62,904 nucleotides of DNA from Nitrososphaeria archaeon. Lineage in GTDB: Archaea; Thermoproteota; Nitrososphaeria; JACIWG01. Under the pieces are notes generated by a model, which ran no database searches, was not told where the DNA came from, and saw only the letters and a list, made by a program, of their open reading frames with translations. The position numbers and the translations under genes were made by a program. The stretch lies in the NCBI GenBank assembly GCA_963752255.1, contig CAVVXT010000006.1:1-62904 (forward strand), written 5' to 3'. Below are positions 41,690 through 52,455 of this stretch, piece by piece; position 1 is the first letter of the stretch, and each line of letters starts with the position of its first letter.

Positions 41690-42175
41690 ATGATAGGAGA
41701 AACAACCCTCGACTGCATGAGGCAGAAGCACAAAAATCAGTGGGTCATCGCAGACGCTGTTAGAAATGATTGTGATAGGGGTGGAGGATACACCCGAAGA
41801 GTTCTTGAAACCGCTGCGGAACTCGGAACCATCGACAAGAAAACAGAACTTAGGCCCGTGTCACTGTACAGGATTGACCCTAAAGAAGGTGAAATCGCAT
41901 GTCCAATCGAGCCTGAAAAGCCTTACGAGGAGACTATCTGTAGCCAACTTGAAAAAACTATAGATAATTGTGCTCTTCAAAATGATGAAGAATGTAAGGT
42001 AAGCGTTCTAAAGGTCATAGACCAAAGCGTGGAGGAATCTTTGAAGACGAAGGACTACAAGCGAGCAAGGAGACTCATCGATTTCGCCGAAACTGTCTTG
42101 AGGATCCCTGAAGGAGATGACACTCCAAACGTCACCCCAATCCCAGTTGTTCAAACAATCAATCAGGACACCTAG
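41690..42175 (+). CDS. Hypothetical protein with a possible N-terminal winged helix
   Basis: YTRRVLETAAELGTIDKK...LYRI pattern; divergent from the coiled-coil genes. Confidence 0.55.
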   Translation: MIGETTLDCMRQKHKNQWVIADAVRNDCDRGGGYTRRVLETAAELGTIDKKTELRPVSLYRIDPKEGEIACPIEPEKPYEETICSQLEKTIDNCALQNDEECKVSVLKVIDQSVEESLKTKDYKRARRLIDFAETVLRIPEGDDTPNVTPIPVVQTINQDT

Positions 42176-42580
42176 CCAATCAAAAGTGTCTTCTATGCGA
42201 GCTCAATTAGCTTCACAAGCACGGATAAACAATCTACATAGTCATTAGACCTTGCAACCACTGATAAAAGAGACGTTAAATGCAGCTAAGATGCAAACAT
42301 AAAGTAATTTGATTGGAGTAGGATAGATTCGGGTATCGTCCTACACCTTAGATTTCACTTTTATATTTGTTTATAGGTTTATTGGGTGTTTGATCAAGGT
42401 TGGTAGGTGTTAACTAGTTCAAAGTGTTCACTATTTCTGAACCTTTCCAGATGAGCCCCACCTTCTAGAGCGTAAGCTCCTACCTACCTTTTATCAGTCA
42501 CTTTAGATCGAAAGAAGACTGTAAGTACTGCCACGAATGCACTCTAATTCTTTTGAACTTAAGCTAAAGGATTGGCTTAA

Positions 42581-42876
42581 GGATAATCAGGGATAATGGT
42601 GGGGACAATAGGGATGATGTAGAAGGATAATAGGGAGGATGGAGGGTAATGGCGGAGTACAAAGGGAGACAATCTGAGCCACCAATATACTAAGGTGATT
42701 GCAAATCTGCTAAGATGTACTGGGGCATGTTAAGGTGATTAGCTATATTTATTTGACATCTGACTAAAGTTAGAACTTTGTGCAGTATACCTTACCATCA
42801 CCTATTATCCTCAATATGATGACCTATATTCCACCATTATCCTCCTGCTATTATCCTTTTGTCTACATCATTATCT
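42581..42876. repeat. Convergent arrays of GGATAAT / ATTATCC heptamers
   Basis: GGATAAT-like at 42581, 42591, 42603, 42612, 42625 and 42644; inverted copies at 42804, 42836, 42850 and 42870. Confidence 0.75.
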
Positions 42877-42936
42877 GCAACAGTTTTATTAAGTAAAAAA
42901 GCTAAAGTGATCGAACAATAGATAAATAGAAGCGAG

Positions 42937-43800
42937 ATGCTTGAATGTATCTGTGATATGTTTATGAAGCTAGATAAGGTCTCTCAGAGAGTGTACGCGA
43001 ACACTGAAGGCAAAACTGGGGGCAACGTGGGCATCATAGTTTTAGACGATTTCGTTGTTGCGGTTGACTCACAGTACCCTGTTTCAGGCGCGGAATTTAG
43101 GCGTAGCATATCTGATGTCACCAGTAAGCCTGTAAGATACCTTCTTCTGACCCACTATCACCAAGACCATGTCTTCGGCAGCTGGGCCTTCAGGGACTGC
43201 AAGATCGTCGGACATTCCCTGCTGAAGAAGAGGGTTGAGGAGAACTTGGAGACTGTCTGGTCTAAGGAGAACCTTCCGAAGCTGTTAGAGGATGCGAGGG
43301 TGAACAGGCCTGAAGTCGCACCCCTACTCGAAGGGCTGGAGGTCGTGCTTCCGAACGTCACCTTTAAGGACCGCTTCGCAGTCGATGGCTTAGAGATGAT
43401 ACACACAGGAGGCCACACATCATGCTCCTCGATCGTATACGTGCCTAAGGATAGGGTGTTGTTCGCAGGGGACCTGCTGTTCGCGAAGCGTTTTCCATGG
43501 GGAGGTGACCCTACGGCTGACCCTGACGCGTGGATAAAGGGGTTCAAGAAGATCCTAAAGATGGACGTTAAAGTCGTCGTACCAGGCCACGGGCCCCTCT
43601 CCGATAAGGACGAAGTCAGGAAACAGCTTGACTGGTTCACGGCAGTGAGATCCACGATGAAGGAGATGATTTCTAAGGGTGCCTCAATGGAGGAGGTAGT
43701 CGGATATAGCGGATACCCGAGCTTCTACGAATCAGACAGGCCAGCATGGAGGGCCAGCACGCTCGAGCACTGGTACAGGATATGGTCAAATCAAAGCTGA
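42937..43800 (+). CDS. MBL-fold metallo-hydrolase (cyclase-like)
   Basis: THYHQDH, GGHT, FAGDL, VPGHG. Confidence 0.92.
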   Translation: MLECICDMFMKLDKVSQRVYANTEGKTGGNVGIIVLDDFVVAVDSQYPVSGAEFRRSISDVTSKPVRYLLLTHYHQDHVFGSWAFRDCKIVGHSLLKKRVEENLETVWSKENLPKLLEDARVNRPEVAPLLEGLEVVLPNVTFKDRFAVDGLEMIHTGGHTSCSSIVYVPKDRVLFAGDLLFAKRFPWGGDPTADPDAWIKGFKKILKMDVKVVVPGHGPLSDKDEVRKQLDWFTAVRSTMKEMISKGASMEEVVGYSGYPSFYESDRPAWRASTLEHWYRIWSNQS

Positions 43801-43861
43801 TCACAGATAATCTATTTACTAGAGACGAGCTCAAGTAAGTGTCAGTAGAAACTAGAAAACC

Positions 43862-44440
43862 CTAGGGAGCTTCATTTTTGATTTTCTTTATCAGCCAAAC
43901 CATCTTTTTCCCAAAGTTTCTAGCTGTCCGAATCCCCTCCTCATCCCCTGTTACCCCTCCCTTCTCTTCTCCAAAAGCGATATTCCAGTATGTGGAACCA
44001 GGCACTATCATCCCTTGACCTAAGAAGAAGAATAGAAGTTGGGCGAAGGTGAAGTTTTGTCCAGCCCTCCTAGCCACAACCATTGCGCCTCCAACCTTGT
44101 TTTCAAATACTCTGCCGTTTCGACCTGATATCTGTCCTGCCCTGTCTATCAGCGACATAATCTGGGGCGTTGCAGAGCCAGAATATACGGGTGAAGATAA
44201 GATGATGCCATCTGATTTAACCATCTTCTGGTATATTTCGTCGAAATCATCTTCTGTCTTACAGCGTTTTGTTACTTTACATGACCTACATGCCATACAT
44301 GGCGCAATTTGCTTGTTGGCAAGTCTTACGAGTTCAACTTTAGCACCTTCCCCTTCAGCAGCCTTCAATGCTTCATTTACGAATAATTCTGTATTTCCTC
44401 CAACTCTGGGGCTTCCGACAACTCCTAAGATATGTATCAT
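43862..44440 (-). CDS. Iron-sulfur flavoprotein / flavodoxin family protein
   Basis: GSPRVGGNT, CMACRSC-x5-C, SPVY; probable start MIHILG at 44440. Confidence 0.92.
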   Translation of the reverse strand: MIHILGVVGSPRVGGNTELFVNEALKAAEGEGAKVELVRLANKQIAPCMACRSCKVTKRCKTEDDFDEIYQKMVKSDGIILSSPVYSGSATPQIMSLIDRAGQISGRNGRVFENKVGGAMVVARRAGQNFTFAQLLFFFLGQGMIVPGSTYWNIAFGEEKGGVTGDEEGIRTARNFGKKMVWLIKKIKNEAP

Positions 44441-44560
44441 GCCCTCCCACACTTCATCATAATTTAAATACATTATACGACTCTTGCACACTACCAGATG
44501 TTTTTAATGGTGTTAAACTGTCTCGGTTTCGTTATATCTTAATTAGTCTGCACTTGGGCT

Positions 44561-45559
44561 TTAGTCGTCCAGGGTTGGTTCGGCCTTGGATGTGTCCACG
44601 ACTCTAACCGCTCTTAGGAGCGGCATTGGAATCCCCTTGACTTTTCTTCGCGATAGTTTGTTCTTCGCATTGGTGAGAGGAGCTCCCCTAAACCTCCGAT
44701 AGTCCCGATACCTCTCGCGTCCATCTCTTTTGGATTGAGTCGGGAATACCCAATATACGCCAAGCCCGACCGGCAGGCACCCTTCTTCGCTCTTGACCTT
44801 CCAAGACCAAGTGAAGCAGGCTTTAGGTGGAATTACAGAATGGACCTTTGCCTTCTCTATGTGGACCGGACGATCATAGCCTTCAGGTCTGATTTCCCAT
44901 AGTAGGTCATCTTCATTCAATTCAATTACTCTGTGGTAGCTCAGGTTAGTCATTGTAATTCCGACTTCGTCGTTTAGACCGCATTCCAACTTCTCTATTG
45001 TCCAGTCCTCTTCACCATAGGGGAACCTCAAATTGAACACCAAGTTTAAGCCCACCGTGCCGATTATAGCCATTGTTGCAGAGAGGGTGAGAAGATTCTT
45101 CCAGTATGAATCAATGATGCTGAACCAACCGACAAGTAGAGCGCCGATTATGAAAAGCACGTATACAAGAGTCATCCACCATCGGATGTGATCCTTTCTA
45201 TATCTTAAGTCGATGATTTCAGTTAATTCTGTATTCAGTTTCTTTTCGATAACTAATGCCCTGGTAGTTGCCGCGCGTTGAAATGACTGATACCCGACTT
45301 CGATTAGCTTCAATGCGAATACGAGCAACATCGTAACAGACACAATAACGAATTTGACGTTATCTGGAAGTGAACTATTACCAGTGCTTCCTGCAACATA
45401 TGGGATGAGGAGAGACTGTGCTGCTAGCAGGGCTGTAACGAAACTGAAACCATTCCTCCTGAGCGCATCAATACGGTCGTCAAAGACTTTGAGTACGTCT
45501 CTGGCGGCATCCCATTCCTTCTGAAGGCCGTCGTCCTCGGACTTCTGGGCTGACAACAA
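44561..45559 (-). CDS. Hypothetical four-TM protein with a C-terminal beta domain
   Basis: 332 aa; amphipathic helix, TM pair, helix, TM pair, then a soluble beta-rich domain. Confidence 0.7.
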   Translation of the reverse strand: MLSAQKSEDDGLQKEWDAARDVLKVFDDRIDALRRNGFSFVTALLAAQSLLIPYVAGSTGNSSLPDNVKFVIVSVTMLLVFALKLIEVGYQSFQRAATTRALVIEKKLNTELTEIIDLRYRKDHIRWWMTLVYVLFIIGALLVGWFSIIDSYWKNLLTLSATMAIIGTVGLNLVFNLRFPYGEEDWTIEKLECGLNDEVGITMTNLSYHRVIELNEDDLLWEIRPEGYDRPVHIEKAKVHSVIPPKACFTWSWKVKSEEGCLPVGLGVYWVFPTQSKRDGRERYRDYRRFRGAPLTNAKNKLSRRKVKGIPMPLLRAVRVVDTSKAEPTLDD

Positions 45560-45944
45560 ATTAAAATATTAGAACATAAGGTATTTAAGGCTTGAAGTCA
45601 TTTTCAATGCCACTTCCCGATCTCCACTAGTCCACAATATAACTAACTTTGATAGCTTAGTCGAATTATATTCCATCATTGCAATTTAAATACGTTATTT
45701 TTGTTTGATCAATCTATTACCCAAAAAAAAGGTTTTCGGCTTTGCTAATTCTACACGTTTCAGTCCAAAGGCTATCTGTTCTTTTACAATATGGATGGAT
45801 AGTGAATTTTCCAAGCAAGGAACGTTTAATATATAAATCTCACAAAGAAGACAACATCATATTATCTTACCCTGACACTTCTAATTTCTAGTTAGCTAGC
45901 TATTTTTAAATAATCAACCGTCACACTTAGCTTGGTGTTATGCG

Positions 45945-47827
45945 ATGACAACAAGAGTTGGACAGGAACTCATCTCTAGTTTTGGTAGGTATCACGGCTA
46001 CTCGGAAAAGGTCTACAACGGTACAAATCGCACCTCCGACTACCTGTCACTGTCAGACGGAACGCGATTAGCCTATGACTTGATCCTTCCGACGAAAAAC
46101 GGAACTCCTCCCCAAAACCCCCTGCCCGTTCTCTTCAAATACACTCCCTACCTCCGTGCCTTCACAATCTACGACAAGAGCGGTAAAAACAACCTTGCTG
46201 AACTGGAAGTTATGAAATGGTACGAGGAAGCCCTTCTTCGATTTCGGTCCTGGGTCGTCCCACATAGAAATCTGATTGACGCTCTCTTCAGAACGAAATG
46301 GCTGGGTGAAATCGTAAAATTTGGCTATGCCGTTGTAGTGGTGGAACGGCCAGGTACCGGGGCGTCCTTCGGTAAATATGACCCGTCCAACGAGGCTATG
46401 GCGGGAGAGACCAATGAGGTCCTCAATCTGATTGCAGCCCAGAAGTGGTGTGATGGCAACATAGGGATGTACGGGGATTCGGTGCAGGCGCAGATTCAAC
46501 TCCTGCTGCCAGCACCGGGAACTCGCACTTGAAAGCAATCTTCCCTGCTTCCACATGGATGGACATCTACATGGCCGTCATGTACAAAGGCGGCGTCTAC
46601 AACAAGGCCTTCGGGAATTTTTATCCCTGGTCCCAAAAGCTTCTTGACTCGGCTCTCGCAACCCCTGTGGACTGTGACAAGGACGGAACCCTGTTGGGCG
46701 AGGCCAAGAAGGACCACCAGAGCACACTAACTCCCGAAACTCTGGCATACTACATGAAGAGCTATCCATTCCGCGATAACACCGGTCCAGGTGGAGGACG
46801 ATTCTGGAACGGTCCCGCACTTTATCCTTTCATTGACAAGATCAACAAAGCAGGCGTTCCGGCTTACTTGACGAATGGTTGGTATGACCTGTTCACGCTC
46901 GACAACTTCCTCATTTACGCCAACCTGACGGTGCCAAAACGAATGATCGTGCTCGCGACCGATCACAGCGAGGTAGAGAGTCCGGATTCAGGTATCGACT
47001 ATGGAGTCGAGGCGCATCGTTGGTTCGACTACTGGCTCAAGGGAGTCCAGAATGGCATCATGAATGAGCCGGCCATCCACCTTTACATCATGGAAGCGGA
47101 GAAAAAGGACGCGTGGCGTACAAACGAGGCGTGGCCCATGCGAGACCAAGAGACAACACGATACTACTTTGGGGACGCAGTCGCCAGCGGGAATTCTTCC
47201 GTCAACAATGGCACGCTTTTCTCTTCGCCGCCGACGGTCCCCGAAGTTTGCGACACCTGTAAGGTGGACTATTCGACGACAACTGGTAAGAAGTCCCGAT
47301 GGACAGCCGTCACCTGGACTTACAATTATCCCGACATGAGCTTCAACGACGCCAAAGCATTAACCTACACCAGCCCGCCGCTTGAAAAAGCAGTCCAAGT
47401 GATTGGGCACCCAGTTGTGCACGTCTGGTTAAGCGTTGACGCCTCCGATTTGGATGTGTTTGCATACCTTGAGGAAGTTGACGCCAAAGGAAGCTCAAAG
47501 TACATCACCGAGGGCAACCTCAGAGTGTCCCATCGCGCTCTCGGAGAAGCCACGTATGACAATCTCGGCCTGCCCTACCACGCTCATCTACAAAGCGAAG
47601 TCAAGCCGATCCCGTCGGACGAGCCAGTCGAGCTACTATTTGATTTGTTGCCCACTGCATATCAGTTTTCACGGGGCAAACGAATCAGAATCGCCATCAC
47701 CTGCGCCGATTCAGACAACTTCGAGACTCCGATACTTAGCCCTGCTCCAACGCTCCGACTGCTCCGGAGTGCAAGTCACCCATCATATGTAGAGATACCA
47801 GAAATGCGCTCACAAGGAAGTAAGTAG
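45945..47827 (+). pseudogene. CocE/NonD family hydrolase with a frameshift near 46503
   Basis: LSDGTRLA, YTPY, GTGASFG, WCDGNIGMYGDS, GWYD, RWFDYWLKG. Confidence 0.9.
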
Positions 47828-48408
47828 CGCGCGCTGGCTGAATAATATCAGGTCTCATTCCCTTTTTCCGTAGCACATGCCTCTTGCTTATGTGGTTTGC
47901 AAATGTGAGATTAGGTGGGAAATGATGACATTAGATTTATTAGTGGTACTGAAAAGGCATTAAGGTTAAAGGCATCGGAAATTTCCGTTAGGCTGTGCCT
48001 AATTTTGTGGCATACTCGATCGTTTCATGCGCAGGCTAGGATAATATGTCTAATATTCTGATTATTCTAGCCATTATAAAACTTTATCTCTGTATTTGTG
48101 GACAACCTTCTGTTGGCCAAGATTTTCAACTACAGCGAAATAAACTCTAGACAGGCTCTTGGATTTCTTTTTCTCATAGGATATGTCTTAACAATGTTAA
48201 AGATAGGCATAGGTACCCGAAAAAGAAGGATAGCGGTCTTTTACTGTCAGCAAGAGCATCAACGGGTTCCTACTTAGATCTATGTGATTTAGTAAGTCAC
48301 CGTTGCAGATGATGAATCTTGCAAGTTCATCATCTAAGTCTAATTCTTCATCTGATGGCATACCCGAAAAAAGAGAGGCTAGGAGACTACGTTAATTGAG
48401 CACGCTAG

Positions 48409-49080
48409 CTAAGAACGCAGCCACTTCTCTCTGGAAATGAGTGGTTGACTGATTATTCTGAGAAGTTGTTTGGATATTTGTCCCTCTTTTATGAGTTGGT
48501 GACCGGCTTGCCTAGTCGCTTCATAGATCTTCTTGGCTTTTTCTTTGTTCTCATCCATGTAGTTCGCGTGAGGTCGGAGCAGTGCGCCCGCGAATTGGAC
48601 GTTACAATCCTGCGTCAACTCTTTGACGATTCTGAGCACTGTTCTGAAGTTGCCGAGTTCCCACCAGCCGCTCGATGATACCAGCGCGATGTTTTTGATG
48701 TTTACGTCAGTGCGGAACTTAGCGCGTGTGCGACCGTTCTTCGTCTTGAGAGCTGGAAGCATGAGGGGCACGAGTCGGTTGATGAGGTTTTGCATTTCAC
48801 TGGGCAGCGGTGCGTACACGGGCGTGGCAAGCACGAGCATCTGTGCCGCTCGAAGCTTGGGGTAAAGCGTTTGCATGTCGTCTTTGATGTAGCATTGGCC
48901 TGGGTTCTTGTTCCAGCAGTAAAATTCTCCGGCGCATGGCTTGACATTCAGGCGCTTTGCATAGAAAAGTTCAACCGATGCTCCAGCGTCTTTCATACCT
49001 TCGAGAAAGGGGTTCAGGATTTTGGCAGTGTTGCCCTTCTCCATTTTGGGGCTACCATTCACGGCAACTACATTGGTCAA
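48409..49080 (-). CDS. Flavodoxin / NADPH-dependent FMN reductase family protein
   Basis: NGSPKMEKGNT, PCAGEFYCW...C..DDM, ATPVY. Confidence 0.9.
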   Translation of the reverse strand: MTNVVAVNGSPKMEKGNTAKILNPFLEGMKDAGASVELFYAKRLNVKPCAGEFYCWNKNPGQCYIKDDMQTLYPKLRAAQMLVLATPVYAPLPSEMQNLINRLVPLMLPALKTKNGRTRAKFRTDVNIKNIALVSSSGWWELGNFRTVLRIVKELTQDCNVQFAGALLRPHANYMDENKEKAKKIYEATRQAGHQLIKEGQISKQLLRIISQPLISREKWLRS

Positions 49081-49404
49081 AATTAGTTCTCCTGTTTTTA
49101 GAATGGACTTCTGTGCTATTTAAAAATTTGATGTTCATTCACGCGTGCTGTTTCTCTAGCGTGCTCTGCGACTAAGAAGGGGACGTCTTTTTCGAGTACT
49201 TCTTTCCTAAGAGGATGTAGCTTGTGCTGTTGTCGTAAAAAGGGAGTTTAGGAGATTACTTTGATGTAGTCTGTGCTGACGTTATTACTTTTTGCACTGT
49301 TTCATGTACGTTCGCAAGTGCTTTCTCGATAATCTCCTTTGCTTCGTCGAAATGGACTTCAAAGGCTACTTTCATATTGAACCCGAAAAATAGAGGAGAG
49401 ACTC

Positions 49405-49629
49405 CTATATGGCCCGCTCCACTTTTATGTTTGTTCTCTCAACCAAGTAGGTGTCTCCGCAGATTCTAGCGTATGTGCCATCCGTTTCCCTGCTTAACTT
49501 GATGTCATGTTTGGGGATAACTACAACTCTATCGCTGATTCTCACTACTTGGATTGGCTTGCTAGTATTGAGTGTAAATAAAGGAGTCTCTATAAAGATC
49601 TTCTGATCACTAGATCTTTCTCTATACAA
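49405..49629 (-). pseudogene. Probable 3' gene remnant
   Basis: Open frame with a weak TTG start that ends just before a TTTTTCGGGT element. Confidence 0.35.
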
Positions 49630-49647
49630 AGTTTACCCGAAAAAATG

Positions 49648-49836
49648 TTAGTCGTTCGTTTGAACGACCTTGTTCGTGGGTAGAGCCTTGGTTATCTTGT
49701 CTACTATATCCTTATTCTATAGAAAGTACATGAAGGCTCCTGAGTATGTCTTATGATTTCCTAAAAATTCCCAGATGTCATCGTCGATTTCCTCTTTGAA
49801 TGTAAAGTCTTCAAGATCACCTTCAAGAAGCTCATA
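49648..49836 (-). pseudogene. 3' gene remnant with an internal TAG
   Basis: YELLEGDLEDFTFKEEIDDDIWEFLGNHKTYSGAFMYFL*NKDIVDKITKALPTNKVVQTND*. Confidence 0.4.
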
Positions 49837-50115
49837 AAAAAAGTTTATACTAAGAAAGTCAAAAAACTGCTACAAAGTGGTAAAACATAACTAAGAATTA
49901 AGCAATTTATTGAAGATGTTTAGCTAATTGGCTTCTAATCAGTGTTCAAATTTTTATAATAAATCTTTAACTTTACTGTAGTATATTAGAACAAGTAAGA
50001 GAGGGTTATTACCAAAGTCAAATAGCGCTTATGGGAATCACTGTTCCGCAATGAAATGCGAACCGAAAAAGTTATAATGACCGCGCGACTCTTCAATGGC
50101 ATAGGAGAATTTGAA

Positions 50116-50511
50116 ATGACAACCGATGGGAACAAAGTCGTCGTCCGTAGATTCATCAAAGAAGTGTTGGGTCGCGGCAATATCGGCCTTATTGACGAAT
50201 TGCTTGCGCCGGATTATGTTAATCCGAGTATGGGCATCACCAATCGTTCTGGCTTCAAGGCCGTGGTTTCCGGTCTGAATGCTTCCGTGCCGGCACGCGA
50301 TTTTGAAATCGCGGATCTGGTAGCCGAAGGCGATTCGGTCGTATTTCGAGGCAAAATGAACTTCACCCTCGCCAGCGGGAAAAAGGCCTCTGCCCGAGTT
50401 ATCACCTATTACCGTCTATCTAACGGGAAGATCGTGGAAGATGAACCGATAAGTACGCCGCCTCTGACCGAAGTGTTGGGCGGCATGATGCCGCCAAAGT
50501 CCGGGTCCTAA
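50116..50511 (+). CDS. SnoaL-like ester cyclase
   Basis: NKVVVRRFIKEV...IDELLAPDYV...DLVAEGDSV...YRLSNGKIVE; AGGAGA RBS before the ATG at 50116. Confidence 0.88.
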   Translation: MTTDGNKVVVRRFIKEVLGRGNIGLIDELLAPDYVNPSMGITNRSGFKAVVSGLNASVPARDFEIADLVAEGDSVVFRGKMNFTLASGKKASARVITYYRLSNGKIVEDEPISTPPLTEVLGGMMPPKSGS

Positions 50512-50629
50512 GCAGCAACTCATCCGACGCATTCTTAAGAAGAGCTTAGGCTAACAGAGCCGATCCCGGGCTGACAACTTAGCCTTCAGACTTATCTAAA
50601 CTCTATTAGAATCACTTAGAAAATCATAT

Positions 50630-50926
50630 ATGCATGCAATAGTCAATAAATTGTTAATGCATGACTTAACTGGAAAGGTAAAATTTTTTTCTTTTAAAAA
50701 GGGAGCAGACCTTGTTGGAATTGCATCTGTAGATAGATTCGATGCTGCTCCTGAGAGATATAGACCTCAATTTTATATTTCTGATGCTAAAGCGGTTATT
50801 TCCCTCGGTCAGAAGTTTAACGAAGCACTTGTTAGTGTCATAAGACAGAAAAAATCCAGTATTGCTGAGATCTTAAAGAATAGAGTAAATAAAATAGTAC
50901 TAGATGCAGTAAAGATAAAAGGATAA
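50630..50926 (+). pseudogene. N-terminal remnant of a QueG-like / reductive-dehalogenase-like Fe-S protein
   Basis: GADLVGIASVDRFDAAP...P....DAKAVISLG; no Fe-S motifs follow. Confidence 0.6.
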
Positions 50927-51002
50927 TAGAATAACTCTAACGATAGAGTATGTTAGGTACTTTGTAGCTAAACTTAAATATGAACTTCTTGGCTTTGGAA
51001 AT

Positions 51003-52382
51003 ATGAACGAGGATCAAGGAGTTGAAGAGAGATCGAACGCCGTCAAAAGTGACGAAGATGAAAGAAAGCCATTGTTCACATGTCACTTGAGCTATGTCTT
51101 AATGGATGATAGCAATAATGTAGACTCAAAAGGCGATGCTCAAGCTCAATTGGATAAGCAGAATCTCTCTATTCTCCCTGAAACTGGCGAGACTCTACTT
51201 ATCCCATTAAATGATATCCTCGAAATATCCGAAGGAGACTACAGGATAGATCTATATCTATCATCTAAAGAGAAATTGATGTTATCTAGTATAGGGTATC
51301 TCTATGAGGATTTTCTTAGGACACTCTTTGAATTGCGCAATGAAATTATACTCAAATACATGCTCATGGAAGAGAAACTTCGAATATCTGGTATAGAAGC
51401 TGAATTCGTCTATTATGATAATAATAAACGGATACTGCAGAAAGGAATCAGTGAAACCCGTCTTTATGAAACTGCGATAGTTATTCTACCCCAAAAAGGG
51501 GAACCTGTTAGGATACCTTACAGCGATATATTGGAAATTAAGGCTGAAGATTATACTGTTACACTAAACACAGAAATTGGAGAAAGTATAGTTTTCTCTA
51601 AAATGGGAAGTCAATTTGACCTATTTAAGAGGGCTCTTACTGAGGCAATCAATCAGCTTTTACTTAAAGCTCAATTATTACTTCATGAATTAGCCCCTCA
51701 AGTAAGTCCTTTACTTATAAGGAAAGCTGCACATCTTATGAAAGAGGGGAGAGATGCGAAGAAAAGCGATATTGAGTCAATCTCTCCAGAACTGTGGAGG
51801 CAATTAGAGAGAAAACTTGAAAAAATCAACCTTAAAGAAGAATACGATTTCCTAAGAGGAATATCCCAAAATGAACAGGTAAGTGTCGGTTTCAAACGCG
51901 GACTATTGGGTGACCCTAAAGGGGAATATATTTGGTTTCTAGTTGCAATCTATAGCAATAATCCGAAAGAGCCTGGAAATGCAATTGCAATGGAAGCAGT
52001 TTCAAGTGCAGAAGAAGGAAGAGCTACTTACTTCTTTCGAATATCAGGGAGAAAGGATTATTCCAAAGAAGGTGATTTTGAAGATTTGCGTAGAAAGACA
52101 GAAGACCTGATTAGAATGATTAATCATTGTCTAATTGTCATTAATTTCAGAAGGGAACCGATCTACTTATCAAATGATAGGCTTGATGACCCTGAATATA
52201 TCAAATACAAGATTTCAGTTCAGAAGATACCTCAACTGCAAACCTTAAGAGACCTCTTTATAGGAAGAGTAGTCCATCTTACACTTGATCAATGGAAAAA
52301 GGACACGACGGATTTACTAGAATTCAATATTAACACACAAGACGATTCAGCAAAATGGCTTAAAAACGAAAAATATACCTAA
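51003..52382 (+). CDS. Hypothetical protein with two tandem PH-like domains
   Basis: Internal repeat ILPETGETLLIPLNDILEISEGDY / ILPQKGEPVRIPYSDILEIKAEDY. Confidence 0.75.
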   Translation: MNEDQGVEERSNAVKSDEDERKPLFTCHLSYVLMDDSNNVDSKGDAQAQLDKQNLSILPETGETLLIPLNDILEISEGDYRIDLYLSSKEKLMLSSIGYLYEDFLRTLFELRNEIILKYMLMEEKLRISGIEAEFVYYDNNKRILQKGISETRLYETAIVILPQKGEPVRIPYSDILEIKAEDYTVTLNTEIGESIVFSKMGSQFDLFKRALTEAINQLLLKAQLLLHELAPQVSPLLIRKAAHLMKEGRDAKKSDIESISPELWRQLERKLEKINLKEEYDFLRGISQNEQVSVGFKRGLLGDPKGEYIWFLVAIYSNNPKEPGNAIAMEAVSSAEEGRATYFFRISGRKDYSKEGDFEDLRRKTEDLIRMINHCLIVINFRREPIYLSNDRLDDPEYIKYKISVQKIPQLQTLRDLFIGRVVHLTLDQWKKDTTDLLEFNINTQDDSAKWLKNEKYT

Positions 52383-52455
52383 GACAGAGTTGAACAAAAC
52401 GACCAAAAAGGATAATAACAAAACTTCATTGATATGATAGAGAGCGAATTAGTCT

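Noticed and set aside
50548-50585. AGGCTAAC...CTTAGCCT hairpin after the SnoaL gene as an integron attC site
   Set aside because: Only about 38 bp long, lacks a proper GTTRRRY core, is not repeated after other genes, and no IntI is present. More likely a terminator.
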